Part shown: positions 55,960 to 64,000 of the stretch, one piece after another
How the letters are laid out: the number at the start of each line of letters is the position of its first letter
Position numbering within the stretch: the first letter of the stretch is position 1
Assembly: GCA_016930235.1 (NCBI GenBank)
Contig: JAFGHI010000042.1
Coordinates: forward strand, 2,550 to 66,549
DNA from: Candidatus Omnitrophota bacterium
GTDB lineage: Bacteria; Omnitrophota; Omnitrophia; Omnitrophales; Aquincolibacteriaceae
Direction of reading: 5' to 3'
DNA length: 64,000 bases
Translations under genes and position numbers: made by a program
The notes under the pieces: model-generated
Told to the model about the DNA's origin: nothing
Databases searched by the model: none
The model's input: only the letters and a program-made list of their open reading frames with translations

Positions 55960-56998
55960 ACTCGATCAAAAAATTATGCAGCTTCTTAACGACAGGACGG
56001 AGCTTGCGCTTCAGGTCGGCAAGGTAAAGACAGAAAGCGGTAAGGAGATTTACGCTCCGGACCGTGAAAGCGAAATTTATCAAATGATTGATAAGGAAGC
56101 GAAGGGGCCTTTACCTAAGAATGCTCTCAAATCCATTTACCGTGAGATCATGTCGGCTTCTTTGGCCTTGGAAAAACCTTTAACGATTGCCTATCTGGGG
56201 CCGGAAGCGACATTCACCCACTTGGCGACCCTCTCCAAGTTCGGTTCGAGCGTGAATTATGCGGCGGCCTCCAGTATCAATGAGGTCTTTCAGGAGGTCG
56301 AGCAAAAACGTGCGGATTACGGGGTGATCCCAATCGAGAATTCGATTGAAGGGGCGGTCAGCCATACCTTGGATATGTTCATGGACTCCGATCTTAAGAT
56401 TTGTTCCGAGATCCTTTTTTCGATCTCCCATAATCTGATGGCCAGTTGCGGTATGGAAAATATCAAGCGGGTCTATTCGAAATTCGAGGTCTTCGGTCAA
56501 TGCCGGGCGTGGCTGGAATCCCATCTGCCGCGGGTTGAATTGATCGAGACGGCCAGCACGACCACAGCTGCTCAAAGGGCTCAGCGCGAAGAGGGCGCCG
56601 CGGCCATTGCTTCTAAACTTGCGGCGACACTTTACAATTTGCCTATCCTGGCCCAAGGGATCCAGGATTTTTCGCAGAACGTGACCCGTTTCCTGGTCAT
56701 TTCCCGACAGATTCCGGCTCCGACCAAAAAGGACAAGACGTCGATGCTGGTCTCGATTAAGGACAAGGTCGGTGCGCTTTACGACATGTTGATCCCGATC
56801 AAGAGAAACAAGATCAATATGACGAAGATTGAATCGCGGCCTTCGAAAAAAAAGGCGTGGGATTATTATTTCTTCATCGATTTCGAAGGGCATGTGGAAA
56901 ATCCTTCCGTGAAACGAATGCTCAATGAAATGGAAGGGAAGGTTAAATTTTTGAAGGTGCTGGGGTCCTATCCCGCTTCCAATCTGAAGGAGACCTGA
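55925..56998 (+). CDS. pheA: Bifunctional chorismate mutase / prephenate dehydratase (P-protein)
   Basis: Chorismate mutase N-terminus MNLSQIRKKIDELDQKIMQLLNDR; PDT domain LTIAYLGPEATFTH; C-terminal ACT domain. Start at ATG 55925. The longer ORF from 55790 overlaps scpB. Confidence 0.85.
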   Translation: MNLSQIRKKIDELDQKIMQLLNDRTELALQVGKVKTESGKEIYAPDRESEIYQMIDKEAKGPLPKNALKSIYREIMSASLALEKPLTIAYLGPEATFTHLATLSKFGSSVNYAAASSINEVFQEVEQKRADYGVIPIENSIEGAVSHTLDMFMDSDLKICSEILFSISHNLMASCGMENIKRVYSKFEVFGQCRAWLESHLPRVELIETASTTTAAQRAQREEGAAAIASKLAATLYNLPILAQGIQDFSQNVTRFLVISRQIPAPTKKDKTSMLVSIKDKVGALYDMLIPIKRNKINMTKIESRPSKKKAWDYYFFIDFEGHVENPSVKRMLNEMEGKVKFLKVLGSYPASNLKET

Positions 56999-57011
56999 TT
57001 TTCAAGCCGTC

Positions 57012-58130
57012 ATGAAAAAGGATATTTTCAAATCTTACATTGAGACCGTTAAGCCGTACGAACCGGGAAAGCCTGTCAAAGAATCAGAACGGGAGCTCGG
57101 CTTGCGGCATGTGGTCAAATTGGCCTCCAATGAGAACCCGCTGGGTCCTTCCAGGAAGGCCTTGCGGGCGATGAGGAAAGCGCTTCAAGAGGCCCATTAT
57201 TATCCGGAGAGTAAATGTTTCTATCTGGTGAAGCGGTTGGTGCAGGAATTGGGAGTTACGGAAGATCAAATCATTATCGGGAACGGGTCCAATGAAATTA
57301 TTGAATTGATCGCGCGTGGATTTTTAAAGGAGGGCGATCAGGTCCTTTCTTCGGCGACCTCCTTTCTTGTTTATCCCATCTTATCCCAAGTTTGCGGGGC
57401 CGATTATGTTTCTGTGCCGATGAAGGATTTCCGCTATGACCTCCGAGGGCTTTTGGGAGCCGTGACCGAGAAGACCAAGGTCATTTTTATCGCGAATCCG
57501 AACAATCCGACGGGGACTTATGTTTCGACAAGCGAGGTTGAGGACTTTTTGTCCAAGGTGCCGAAGGATGTCCTGGTTTGTTTTGACGAGGCTTATTTTG
57601 ATTTTGTGGATGTCCCTGATTTTCCGCACACCTTATTTCATGTTAAATCAGGGAAACCGAATGTTGTTGTGATGCGGACCTTTTCGAAGTCCTATGGGTT
57701 GGCCGGCTTGAGAATCGGCTATGCGGTCGGAAGTCCGCAGGTGATCGGCTACCTTCACAAGATCCGGCAGCCTTTTAACGTGAATGCGATTGCCCAGGCG
57801 GGCGCGACAGCGGCCTTGGATGACCGCTTCTTTTTATGGAGGACGAAGCATTTAGTCAGGTGGGGCCGCCGCTATCTTTACCGGCGTTTTGATCAGTTGA
57901 AGCTGCGGTATTTGCCGAGCCAGGCGAATTTTATTTTAGTGGATTGCGGTGTGGATGCGGAGGAAGTCTTTCAGGCGCTTCTCCGTCAAGGGATCATCGT
58001 CCGCTCGATGAAAAGTTATGGGCTTAACACCTGGATCCGCGTGACCATAGGCAGGCGAAGCCAGAATGCCCTTTTTTATCGGGCCTTAAAACATTTTTTA
58101 AAAAAACGCGTGAAGGTAAAAGGAGTGTAA
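57012..58130 (+). CDS. hisC: Histidinol-phosphate aminotransferase
   Basis: LASNENPLGPS, NPNNPTG and KSYGLAGLRIGY (PLP lysine) motifs. Confidence 0.85.
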   Translation: MKKDIFKSYIETVKPYEPGKPVKESERELGLRHVVKLASNENPLGPSRKALRAMRKALQEAHYYPESKCFYLVKRLVQELGVTEDQIIIGNGSNEIIELIARGFLKEGDQVLSSATSFLVYPILSQVCGADYVSVPMKDFRYDLRGLLGAVTEKTKVIFIANPNNPTGTYVSTSEVEDFLSKVPKDVLVCFDEAYFDFVDVPDFPHTLFHVKSGKPNVVVMRTFSKSYGLAGLRIGYAVGSPQVIGYLHKIRQPFNVNAIAQAGATAALDDRFFLWRTKHLVRWGRRYLYRRFDQLKLRYLPSQANFILVDCGVDAEEVFQALLRQGIIVRSMKSYGLNTWIRVTIGRRSQNALFYRALKHFLKKRVKVKGV

Positions 58131-58136
58131 ATTGTC

Positions 58137-59153
58137 ATGATTATTGTGATGCGTCAGAATGCGACGCCGGATGAGATCAATCACCTTTGTGAAAAAGTCA
58201 AAGAGATGGGTTTGACGCCGCAAGTTTCCAGGGGGGTCGAACGGACCGTCATCGGCGTGATCGGGGAAGAAGACAAGATCCGGATCAAGCCTCTGGAGGC
58301 TTTTCCGGGAGTCGAATCGGTCATGGAAATCCTGAGGCCGTATAAATTGGCAAGCCGGGATTTTCAAGCTGAACCCACCGAATTTGAAATGCCGCACGGC
58401 GTTAAGGTTGGCGGTAAGAAAATTGTTGTGATGGCGGGTCCGTGTACGGTTGAGAGCCGTGAAAGTCTTTTGAATACGGCCGCTGTGGTCAAAAAAGAAG
58501 GCGCTTCTTTTTTGCGGGGAGGGGCTTTTAAACCCCGGACTTCACCCTATTCTTTCCAAGGATTGGGTGAGGAAGGTTTGAAGTACTTGCGTGAAGCTGC
58601 GGACCAATATCATTTGTGTGTCGTGACGGAGGTGATGGATACGCGAATGGTTGAAATGGTCGCGAAGTACGCTGATATGCTTCAAGTCGGAGCCCGCAAT
58701 ATGCAGAATTATGATTTATTGAAGGAATGCGGGATATCCAAAAAACCGATTCTCTTAAAAAGAGGGATGAGCGCAACGATTAAGGAATTGTTGCTTTCAG
58801 CGGAATATATTTTGTCGAAGGGGAATTTTAAGGTGATGGTTTGCGAGCGGGGAATCCGCACCTTTGAAACGGCAACGCGTAACACTCTCGATATCAATGC
58901 CGTACCGGTGATTAAAAAGGAAACGCATCTGCCGGTTTTGGTGGATCCTTCCCACGGAACGGGAAAATGGGAGTATGTGACGGCGATTGCTCGGGCGGGA
59001 GTCGCCGCGGGATGTGACGGTATTATGGTGGAAGTCCATCTCAACCCTGAGGATGCCGTCAGTGACGGAGAGCAGTCGCTCATCCCCAGGCAATTTGAAT
59101 CCATGATGGGGCAGCTGAAAGCGATCGCTCATGCGATCGGCCGTGAAGTTTAA
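58137..59153 (+). CDS. aroF: 3-deoxy-7-phosphoheptulonate (DAHP) synthase, class I-beta with N-terminal ferredoxin-like regulatory domain
   Basis: Roughly 90-aa N-terminal regulatory domain, then the KDO8PS-like barrel GPCTVESRE...[17 protein letters not shown]. Confidence 0.85.
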   Translation: MIIVMRQNATPDEINHLCEKVKEMGLTPQVSRGVERTVIGVIGEEDKIRIKPLEAFPGVESVMEILRPYKLASRDFQAEPTEFEMPHGVKVGGKKIVVMAGPCTVESRESLLNTAAVVKKEGASFLRGGAFKPRTSPYSFQGLGEEGLKYLREAADQYHLCVVTEVMDTRMVEMVAKYADMLQVGARNMQNYDLLKECGISKKPILLKRGMSATIKELLLSAEYILSKGNFKVMVCERGIRTFETATRNTLDINAVPVIKKETHLPVLVDPSHGTGKWEYVTAIARAGVAAGCDGIMVEVHLNPEDAVSDGEQSLIPRQFESMMGQLKAIAHAIGREV

Positions 59154-60015
59154 TCGTAAGGGAGAGATAAGGTTGAAACCGAAGACAATTGCCATTGTCG
59201 GACTTGGACTTATGGGTGGGTCCTTGGCTGCCATTTGCCGGAAAAGATTTCCGAAAGCCCGCGTCATTGGAGTTAGCCGAAACCGGAAGGCTTTAAAATA
59301 TGCTCATCATAAGCGGTGGATTCATCAGGGGATACAGAGGCTTGAGCAAGGGGTCACCCACGCTGATCTTATCATCTTATGTACGCCGGTGGGGGTGATC
59401 CGGGAATATCTCAAAAGGATTGACCGAGTAGCGAAGCCGGGTGCTTTGGTGACGGATGTCGGAAGTGTCAAATCGGAAATTGTCAGATGGGTTGATCGTC
59501 AAAGATTCTCAAGGATTTGTTTTGTGGGGGCTCATCCCATGGTGGGTTCTCATTTGAGAGGGATAACCGTTGCTCAGGACCGTTTGTTTGAACAAGGATA
59601 TACTTTTCTGACAAAGTCCCCGAAAACGGATAGACAGGCCTGTCGTCAGATTATGCAATTTTGGAAAAAAGTTTCTCTCAGGATCGTTGAAATCTCGCCG
59701 GAGAAACATGACCGCATTGTTGCCTTCATTAGTCACTTGCCTCATGTGGTTGCTGCTTGTCTGGTGTTGAGTGTCCCGAAAAAAATGTTAGGGTTTGCTT
59801 CAACGGGATTTAAAGAAACAACACGTGTGGCTCAAGGGCATCCCTCGATTTGGCTTCCTATTTTCCAAGAGAACACGAAATCTATCCTGAAGGCCCTTTC
59901 TTTTTTTGAAACGGAGTTGATAAAATTTCGAAGGGCATTACGTTCCACCAAGCCGAAAGCCTTGCAGCGCATGATTTCCCGAGGGCGTCAGAAGCGTTCC
60001 CAAATTTCCCTTTGA
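59131..60015 (+). CDS. tyrA: Prephenate dehydrogenase
   Basis: Rossmann motif [14 protein letters not shown] and a TyrA catalytic domain. The start may instead be the TTG at 59173, which is preceded by a GGAGAG ribosome-binding site. Confidence 0.8.
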   Translation: MRSAVKFNRKGEIRLKPKTIAIVGLGLMGGSLAAICRKRFPKARVIGVSRNRKALKYAHHKRWIHQGIQRLEQGVTHADLIILCTPVGVIREYLKRIDRVAKPGALVTDVGSVKSEIVRWVDRQRFSRICFVGAHPMVGSHLRGITVAQDRLFEQGYTFLTKSPKTDRQACRQIMQFWKKVSLRIVEISPEKHDRIVAFISHLPHVVAACLVLSVPKKMLGFASTGFKETTRVAQGHPSIWLPIFQENTKSILKALSFFETELIKFRRALRSTKPKALQRMISRGRQKRSQISL

Positions 60016-60162
60016 AATTTAGATCTTTGTGTTAGAATACCCCCCTTGATTCTTTCAGTAAACCTTTCAGCTGTCTCGAGGTGCGATAAGGCAGCGAGTA
60101 AGAAGCCCTCACAGGTTTGAGAAGGAATCTATTCTATTTCTCTCAAGGAGGATGAAGTCTTT

Positions 60163-61734
60163 ATGAGTTCCCAATTTTCAGATCTATACGAAAAATCTAT
60201 GCAGAATTTTAAGGAGGGTGAGGTCGTCAAAGGGACGATCATTGCGATCCAGGGCCGTGATGCCATTGTGGATATCGGTTATAAAGCCGAAGGGGTTGTC
60301 CACCTTGATGAATTCACGGATTCGTCGGAGATTAAGGTCGGCGGGGAGATTGATGTTTTGTTTGAGACGTTTTCCGATGAAGACGGCCTTGTGATCCTGT
60401 CGAAAAGGAAGGCGGACCGCCATCGCGTCTGGACGGATCTCCTTGAGAATGCAGAAGAAGGAACGATTGTTGAAGGCAAGATTTATAAAGCTGTCCGGGG
60501 CGGATTCATGGTGGATATCGGAATGGATGCCTTCTTGCCCGCTTCATTAGTCGATTTAAAACCGACCCGGAACCCCAATCAGTTTTTGGGCGTTTCCAGC
60601 AAGTTTATCATCATGAAAATTAATCACAAGCGTAAGAACGTGGTCGTTTCCCGCAAAGATTATCTCTCCAGAGAAAAAGAAGAAGCCCGCCAGGAAAAGA
60701 TTCAAAGTATGGAAGAAGGACAAGTCATCCGCGGACGCGTCAAAAACATCACGGACTTCGGTGTTTTTATGGATTTGGGAGAACTGGATGGGTTGATCCA
60801 TATTACGGATTTAAGCTGGGGGCGTTTGTCTCATCCTTCCGAGATTGTGAAGATGGGGGAAGAACTGGATGTGGTCGTGATCGGCATTGATCGCGAGACG
60901 AGAAAGGTTTCCCTGGGATTGAAGCAAAAGACATCCAATCCCTGGGATCAAGTCGAGGATAAATATGCTGTCGGCACGCAGGTTCAAGGCAAAGTTGTCA
61001 ATATCCTGCCGTATGGGGCTTTTGTCGAATTGGAACCGGGCGTCGAAGGGTTGGTTCATATCAGTGAACTTTCGTGGACGAAAAGGGTGAATCACCCTTC
61101 CGAGATCTTGAATATTGGCGATCAGGTGGAAGTGGTGGTGCTCAATATTGACCGCGACGGAAAGAAAATTTCCCTGGGGATCAAACAGGCTCAGGAAAAT
61201 CCTTGGTCCAAAGTCCCTGAGAAATATCAAGTGGGTGACCGGGTCAAGGGGACGGTCCGTAATTTAACCGATTACGGTGCTTTTATCGAACTCGAACCCG
61301 GCGTGGATGGCCTTGTCCATGTTTCGGACATTTCCTGGACGCACAAGGTCATGAAACCTTCCGATATCTTATCAAAAGGCCAGGAAGTTGAACTGATGGT
61401 CCTGGGGGTTGAGTCAGAGTCCCAAAAAATTTCCTTGGGGATGAAGCAATTAACCGAGGATCCTTGGGATCAATTGACAAGCCATCTGATGACGGGTCTT
61501 CAGATAACGGGGAAGATTACGCGAATTGTGAATTTTGGCTTATTTGTCGAACTTGAAAATGGGCTGGAGGGGTTAGTCCATATTTCCGAAATTCCGGGAG
61601 CCAATGCAGCGAACTTGGAAAAGAATTATCACGCGGGAGACGCGATTCAGGTGAGCGTTCTTCATATTGATCACGATGCCCGCAAGATTGCATTGACTCG
61701 TAAGGACGAACCGGTTCCTACAGATTCTCGCTAA
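60163..61734 (+). CDS. rpsA: 30S ribosomal protein S1 (six S1 domains)
   Basis: Six tandem S1 repeats (GxV.G.V......G.FV....G..GL.H.S). Confidence 0.9.
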   Translation: MSSQFSDLYEKSMQNFKEGEVVKGTIIAIQGRDAIVDIGYKAEGVVHLDEFTDSSEIKVGGEIDVLFETFSDEDGLVILSKRKADRHRVWTDLLENAEEGTIVEGKIYKAVRGGFMVDIGMDAFLPASLVDLKPTRNPNQFLGVSSKFIIMKINHKRKNVVVSRKDYLSREKEEARQEKIQSMEEGQVIRGRVKNITDFGVFMDLGELDGLIHITDLSWGRLSHPSEIVKMGEELDVVVIGIDRETRKVSLGLKQKTSNPWDQVEDKYAVGTQVQGKVVNILPYGAFVELEPGVEGLVHISELSWTKRVNHPSEILNIGDQVEVVVLNIDRDGKKISLGIKQAQENPWSKVPEKYQVGDRVKGTVRNLTDYGAFIELEPGVDGLVHVSDISWTHKVMKPSDILSKGQEVELMVLGVESESQKISLGMKQLTEDPWDQLTSHLMTGLQITGKITRIVNFGLFVELENGLEGLVHISEIPGANAANLEKNYHAGDAIQVSVLHIDHDARKIALTRKDEPVPTDSR

Positions 61735-61740
61735 ATACTT

Positions 61741-62994
61741 GTGACCAGCGTTCATTCCAAAAAGAGAAGAGTTGTTGTTACGGGGCTCGGGGTTATTTCT
61801 CCGATCGGGATAGGCAAGGCCGATTTCTGGCAAGCTTTGCGCCAAGGAAAATCCGGGATCTCACACATCACTGCCTTTGACCCCAGTGAATTCACGACTC
61901 AGTTTGCAGGTGAAATCCGCAACTTTGATCCCCACCAGGCGATCGAGCCAAAACGATTAAAACGGATGGATCGAACTTCCCAGTTTGCTGTGGCCTCAGC
62001 CAAGATGGCTGTCCAAGATGCAGGGCTGACTTTTACCGAGAGGAATAAGAGCAGGACAGGTGTCATTATCGGAACAGCCATGGCGGGGCATGGCTATATT
62101 TTAAATCAGCACACGACCTTGATGCAGAAGGGGCCTATGCGGATCAATCCTTTTACCGCCTTGGCGTCTTTCCCCGACGCATGTGCCAGTAATGTTTCGA
62201 TTGAACTCGGGGTGACGGGACCCAGTTTTTCCATTGCGACAGCCTGTTCATCGGCATCGGATGCAGTCGGCTATGCCTTCGAAGCGATTCGAAGCGGGGC
62301 CCTTGATTTCCTCATCATGGGAGGCGCGGAAGCTTCTATTTATCCGGGTATTCTGGCGGCCTTTTGTGTGGCACGTGCACTCTCGACGCGGAATGATGCT
62401 CCGACTAAAGCATCCCGCCCCTTTAGCCGGGATCGCGACGGGTTTGTGTTAGGGGAAGGTGCGGGGATGCTTGTCCTTGAAGAATATTCTCATGCGAAAC
62501 TACGGGGGGCTCATATTTATGGGGAAATCCTCGGACATGGTATGACTTGTGATGCTTATCATATGACAGCCCCGGATCCCGAAGGGAATGAAGCATCACG
62601 CGCGGTTCAGGTTGCCATGAAAAATGCCGGAGTCAAGATTAAAGACATTCAATATATCAATGCTCACGGGACGTCGACACCGCTCAATGATAAAACAGAG
62701 ACGTTAATTATCAAGAAAGTCTTTGGCGGTCAAGCTTATAAAATTCCTATCAGCTCGACCAAATCGATGGTGGGCCACCTTATCGGAGCAGCCGGGAGCG
62801 TTGAATTGATTGCCACCATTCTTGCCATGGAAAACGAAGAAATTCCTCCGACGATTAATTATAGTGTTCCGGATCCGGAATGCGATTTAGATTACGTTCC
62901 GAACGAATCCCGCAAAGCGAAAATTGAAATTGCCATGAAAAATTCCTTTGGTTTCGGCGGAAAGAATTCGATCCTGATTCTCGGCAAAGTTTGA
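61741..62994 (+). CDS. fabF: 3-oxoacyl-[ACP] synthase II
   Basis: RRVVVTGLGVISPIG N-terminus, active-site ATACSSA, and conserved His-His/Lys regions. GTG start. Confidence 0.9.
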   Translation: MTSVHSKKRRVVVTGLGVISPIGIGKADFWQALRQGKSGISHITAFDPSEFTTQFAGEIRNFDPHQAIEPKRLKRMDRTSQFAVASAKMAVQDAGLTFTERNKSRTGVIIGTAMAGHGYILNQHTTLMQKGPMRINPFTALASFPDACASNVSIELGVTGPSFSIATACSSASDAVGYAFEAIRSGALDFLIMGGAEASIYPGILAAFCVARALSTRNDAPTKASRPFSRDRDGFVLGEGAGMLVLEEYSHAKLRGAHIYGEILGHGMTCDAYHMTAPDPEGNEASRAVQVAMKNAGVKIKDIQYINAHGTSTPLNDKTETLIIKKVFGGQAYKIPISSTKSMVGHLIGAAGSVELIATILAMENEEIPPTINYSVPDPECDLDYVPNESRKAKIEIAMKNSFGFGGKNSILILGKV

Positions 62995-63027
62995 ATTCTT
63001 GATTCGGGGGATTTTTTTAGGGGAACA

Positions 63028-63873
63028 TTAAGTCAGAGAGGCGGAAATCTTTTTTATCTTTGATTTTCTGGGTTTCAAGGTCTCTTCTTCTTCGCCTGAC
63101 GCACCATCCAAAATGCCGCGCTCGGAAGCTTCAATAAAAGAAATCAAGTGTTTGACTTCGGCACATTTCAAGTTTTTTTTCATTTCTTCGACGGCTTGCG
63201 TCACATTAAGTCCTGAACGGTAGAGCAGTTTGTAAGCTTGCTTGATTTCGTCACGGATAGGGGGCGGAAAACCTGCCCGTCTTAGACCCACGACATTCAT
63301 CCCAAGAACGACACCGGGCCGCCCGCCGCAGGTCAAGAAAGGAGGAATGTCTTTATTGCAGGCTGAAAGCGCACTGACCATTGAAAGCCGGCCTATGCGT
63401 GTGAATTGGTGAAATCCGGTCATGCCTGAAAGGAAGGCACTGTCCTCGACCATGCAGTGTCCGGTCAGAGAAGCTTGATTGACCATGATGATATTGTTGC
63501 CAAGCGTACAGTTGTGGGCAACATGGCAATAAGCCATTAAGAAATTCGAATCCCCTAAAACGGTGGATGTTCCGGGTTTGGTTCCCCGATGGATCGTGAC
63601 AAATTCCCGTATTTTATTGTGATGGCCGATCTTGGTATAAGTGGGTTCTCCCTTATAGGCCGTATCTTGGGGCGTATGGCCGATCACGGTTCTCATGTGG
63701 ATCTCATTGTAGTTGCCGATTTCCGTGCCGACGCAAATATAAGCCCCGGCCATAATTGTGTTATGGGAGCCGATCTTGACCCCGTCTTCGATGATGACAT
63801 AAGGGCCAATTTTATTGTTGACGCCCAGCTCGGCATTTTTTCCGATAATTGCTGTAGGATGAATCTCTGACAT
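63028..63873 (-). CDS. lpxA: Acyl-[ACP]--UDP-N-acetylglucosamine O-acyltransferase
   Basis: MSEIHPTAIIG start, left-handed beta-helix hexapeptide repeats and a C-terminal helical domain. Confidence 0.85.
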   Translation of the reverse strand: MSEIHPTAIIGKNAELGVNNKIGPYVIIEDGVKIGSHNTIMAGAYICVGTEIGNYNEIHMRTVIGHTPQDTAYKGEPTYTKIGHHNKIREFVTIHRGTKPGTSTVLGDSNFLMAYCHVAHNCTLGNNIIMVNQASLTGHCMVEDSAFLSGMTGFHQFTRIGRLSMVSALSACNKDIPPFLTCGGRPGVVLGMNVVGLRRAGFPPPIRDEIKQAYKLLYRSGLNVTQAVEEMKKNLKCAEVKHLISFIEASERGILDGASGEEEETLKPRKSKIKKISASLT

Positions 63874-64000
63874 GGCGTGAATTGTAACATATTCCTTAGG
63901 CTGATGCTATGGGCGCTTTCGCCCGAGCGGGTCTTAATTTGACTCCCTATTTATTCCCTGTTAGAATGACACCCTTTATTGAAGTAACTTATTGCAAGAA

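Overview
The window is a contiguous, almost entirely plus-strand chromosomal segment from an anaerobic or microaerophilic bacterium. No rRNA, tRNA, CRISPR array or transposase was recognised. Guessing the organism as a candidate-phylum lineage from the gene mix and the giant gene is inference only.

In order, the window contains:
- 1-4.4 kb: a partial minus-strand secreted protein, an orphan CheY-like receiver, a GIY-YIG protein, an LpxL-type lipid A acyltransferase, and an ADP-forming acetyl-CoA synthetase.
- 4.5-19 kb: a redox and hydrogenase island. It holds rex1-hypA-hypB, the NAD-reducing [NiFe] hydrogenase hoxFUYH with protease hoxW, a receiver, rex2, a sensor histidine kinase, and a tetrameric Hnd-type NAD(P)-linked [FeFe] hydrogenase (hndABCD). 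Rex-operator-like palindromes sit at three sigma70-like promoters.
- 19-33 kb: all maturases for both hydrogenase types, namely a TM1266-like regulator, hydF, hydG, hydE, hypF and hypC, then pyruvate:ferredoxin oxidoreductase and a DHOD-like flavoprotein, then hypD and hypE.
- 33.2-36.2 kb: the most novel-looking system, a microviridin/graspetide-like RiPP cluster. It comprises a 354-aa multi-core precursor with a PFFARFL-like 'PLFFAAF' leader motif and Pro/Ser-rich spacers, an MdnC-like ATP-grasp ligase, and an M50/S2P-type membrane metalloprotease.
- 36.2-41.4 kb: an SPFH protein, a small DUF2892-like membrane protein, cytochrome bd oxidase cydAB, and a Kef-type CPA2 antiporter.
- 41.7-47.7 kb: a 1998-aa secreted giant protein sharing '(H)ASPSP' linkers with the RiPP precursor.
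- 47.7-48.9 kb: a coding-free region packed with 18 or more distinct, mostly perfect palindromic hairpins. It includes a periodic run of 24-26 bp palindromes built on one template (REP/BIME-like) and is flanked by 'ctggatRctggatRctagat' repeats.
- 49-64 kb: housekeeping genes, namely an acyl-CoA dehydrogenase, nfu, trpS, scpA, scpB, pheA, hisC, a DAHP synthase, tyrA, rpsA, fabF and minus-strand lpxA.

A second nested-palindrome repeat family occurs three times, immediately 3' of hypD, of the acyl-CoA dehydrogenase, and of a small ORF upstream of trpS.
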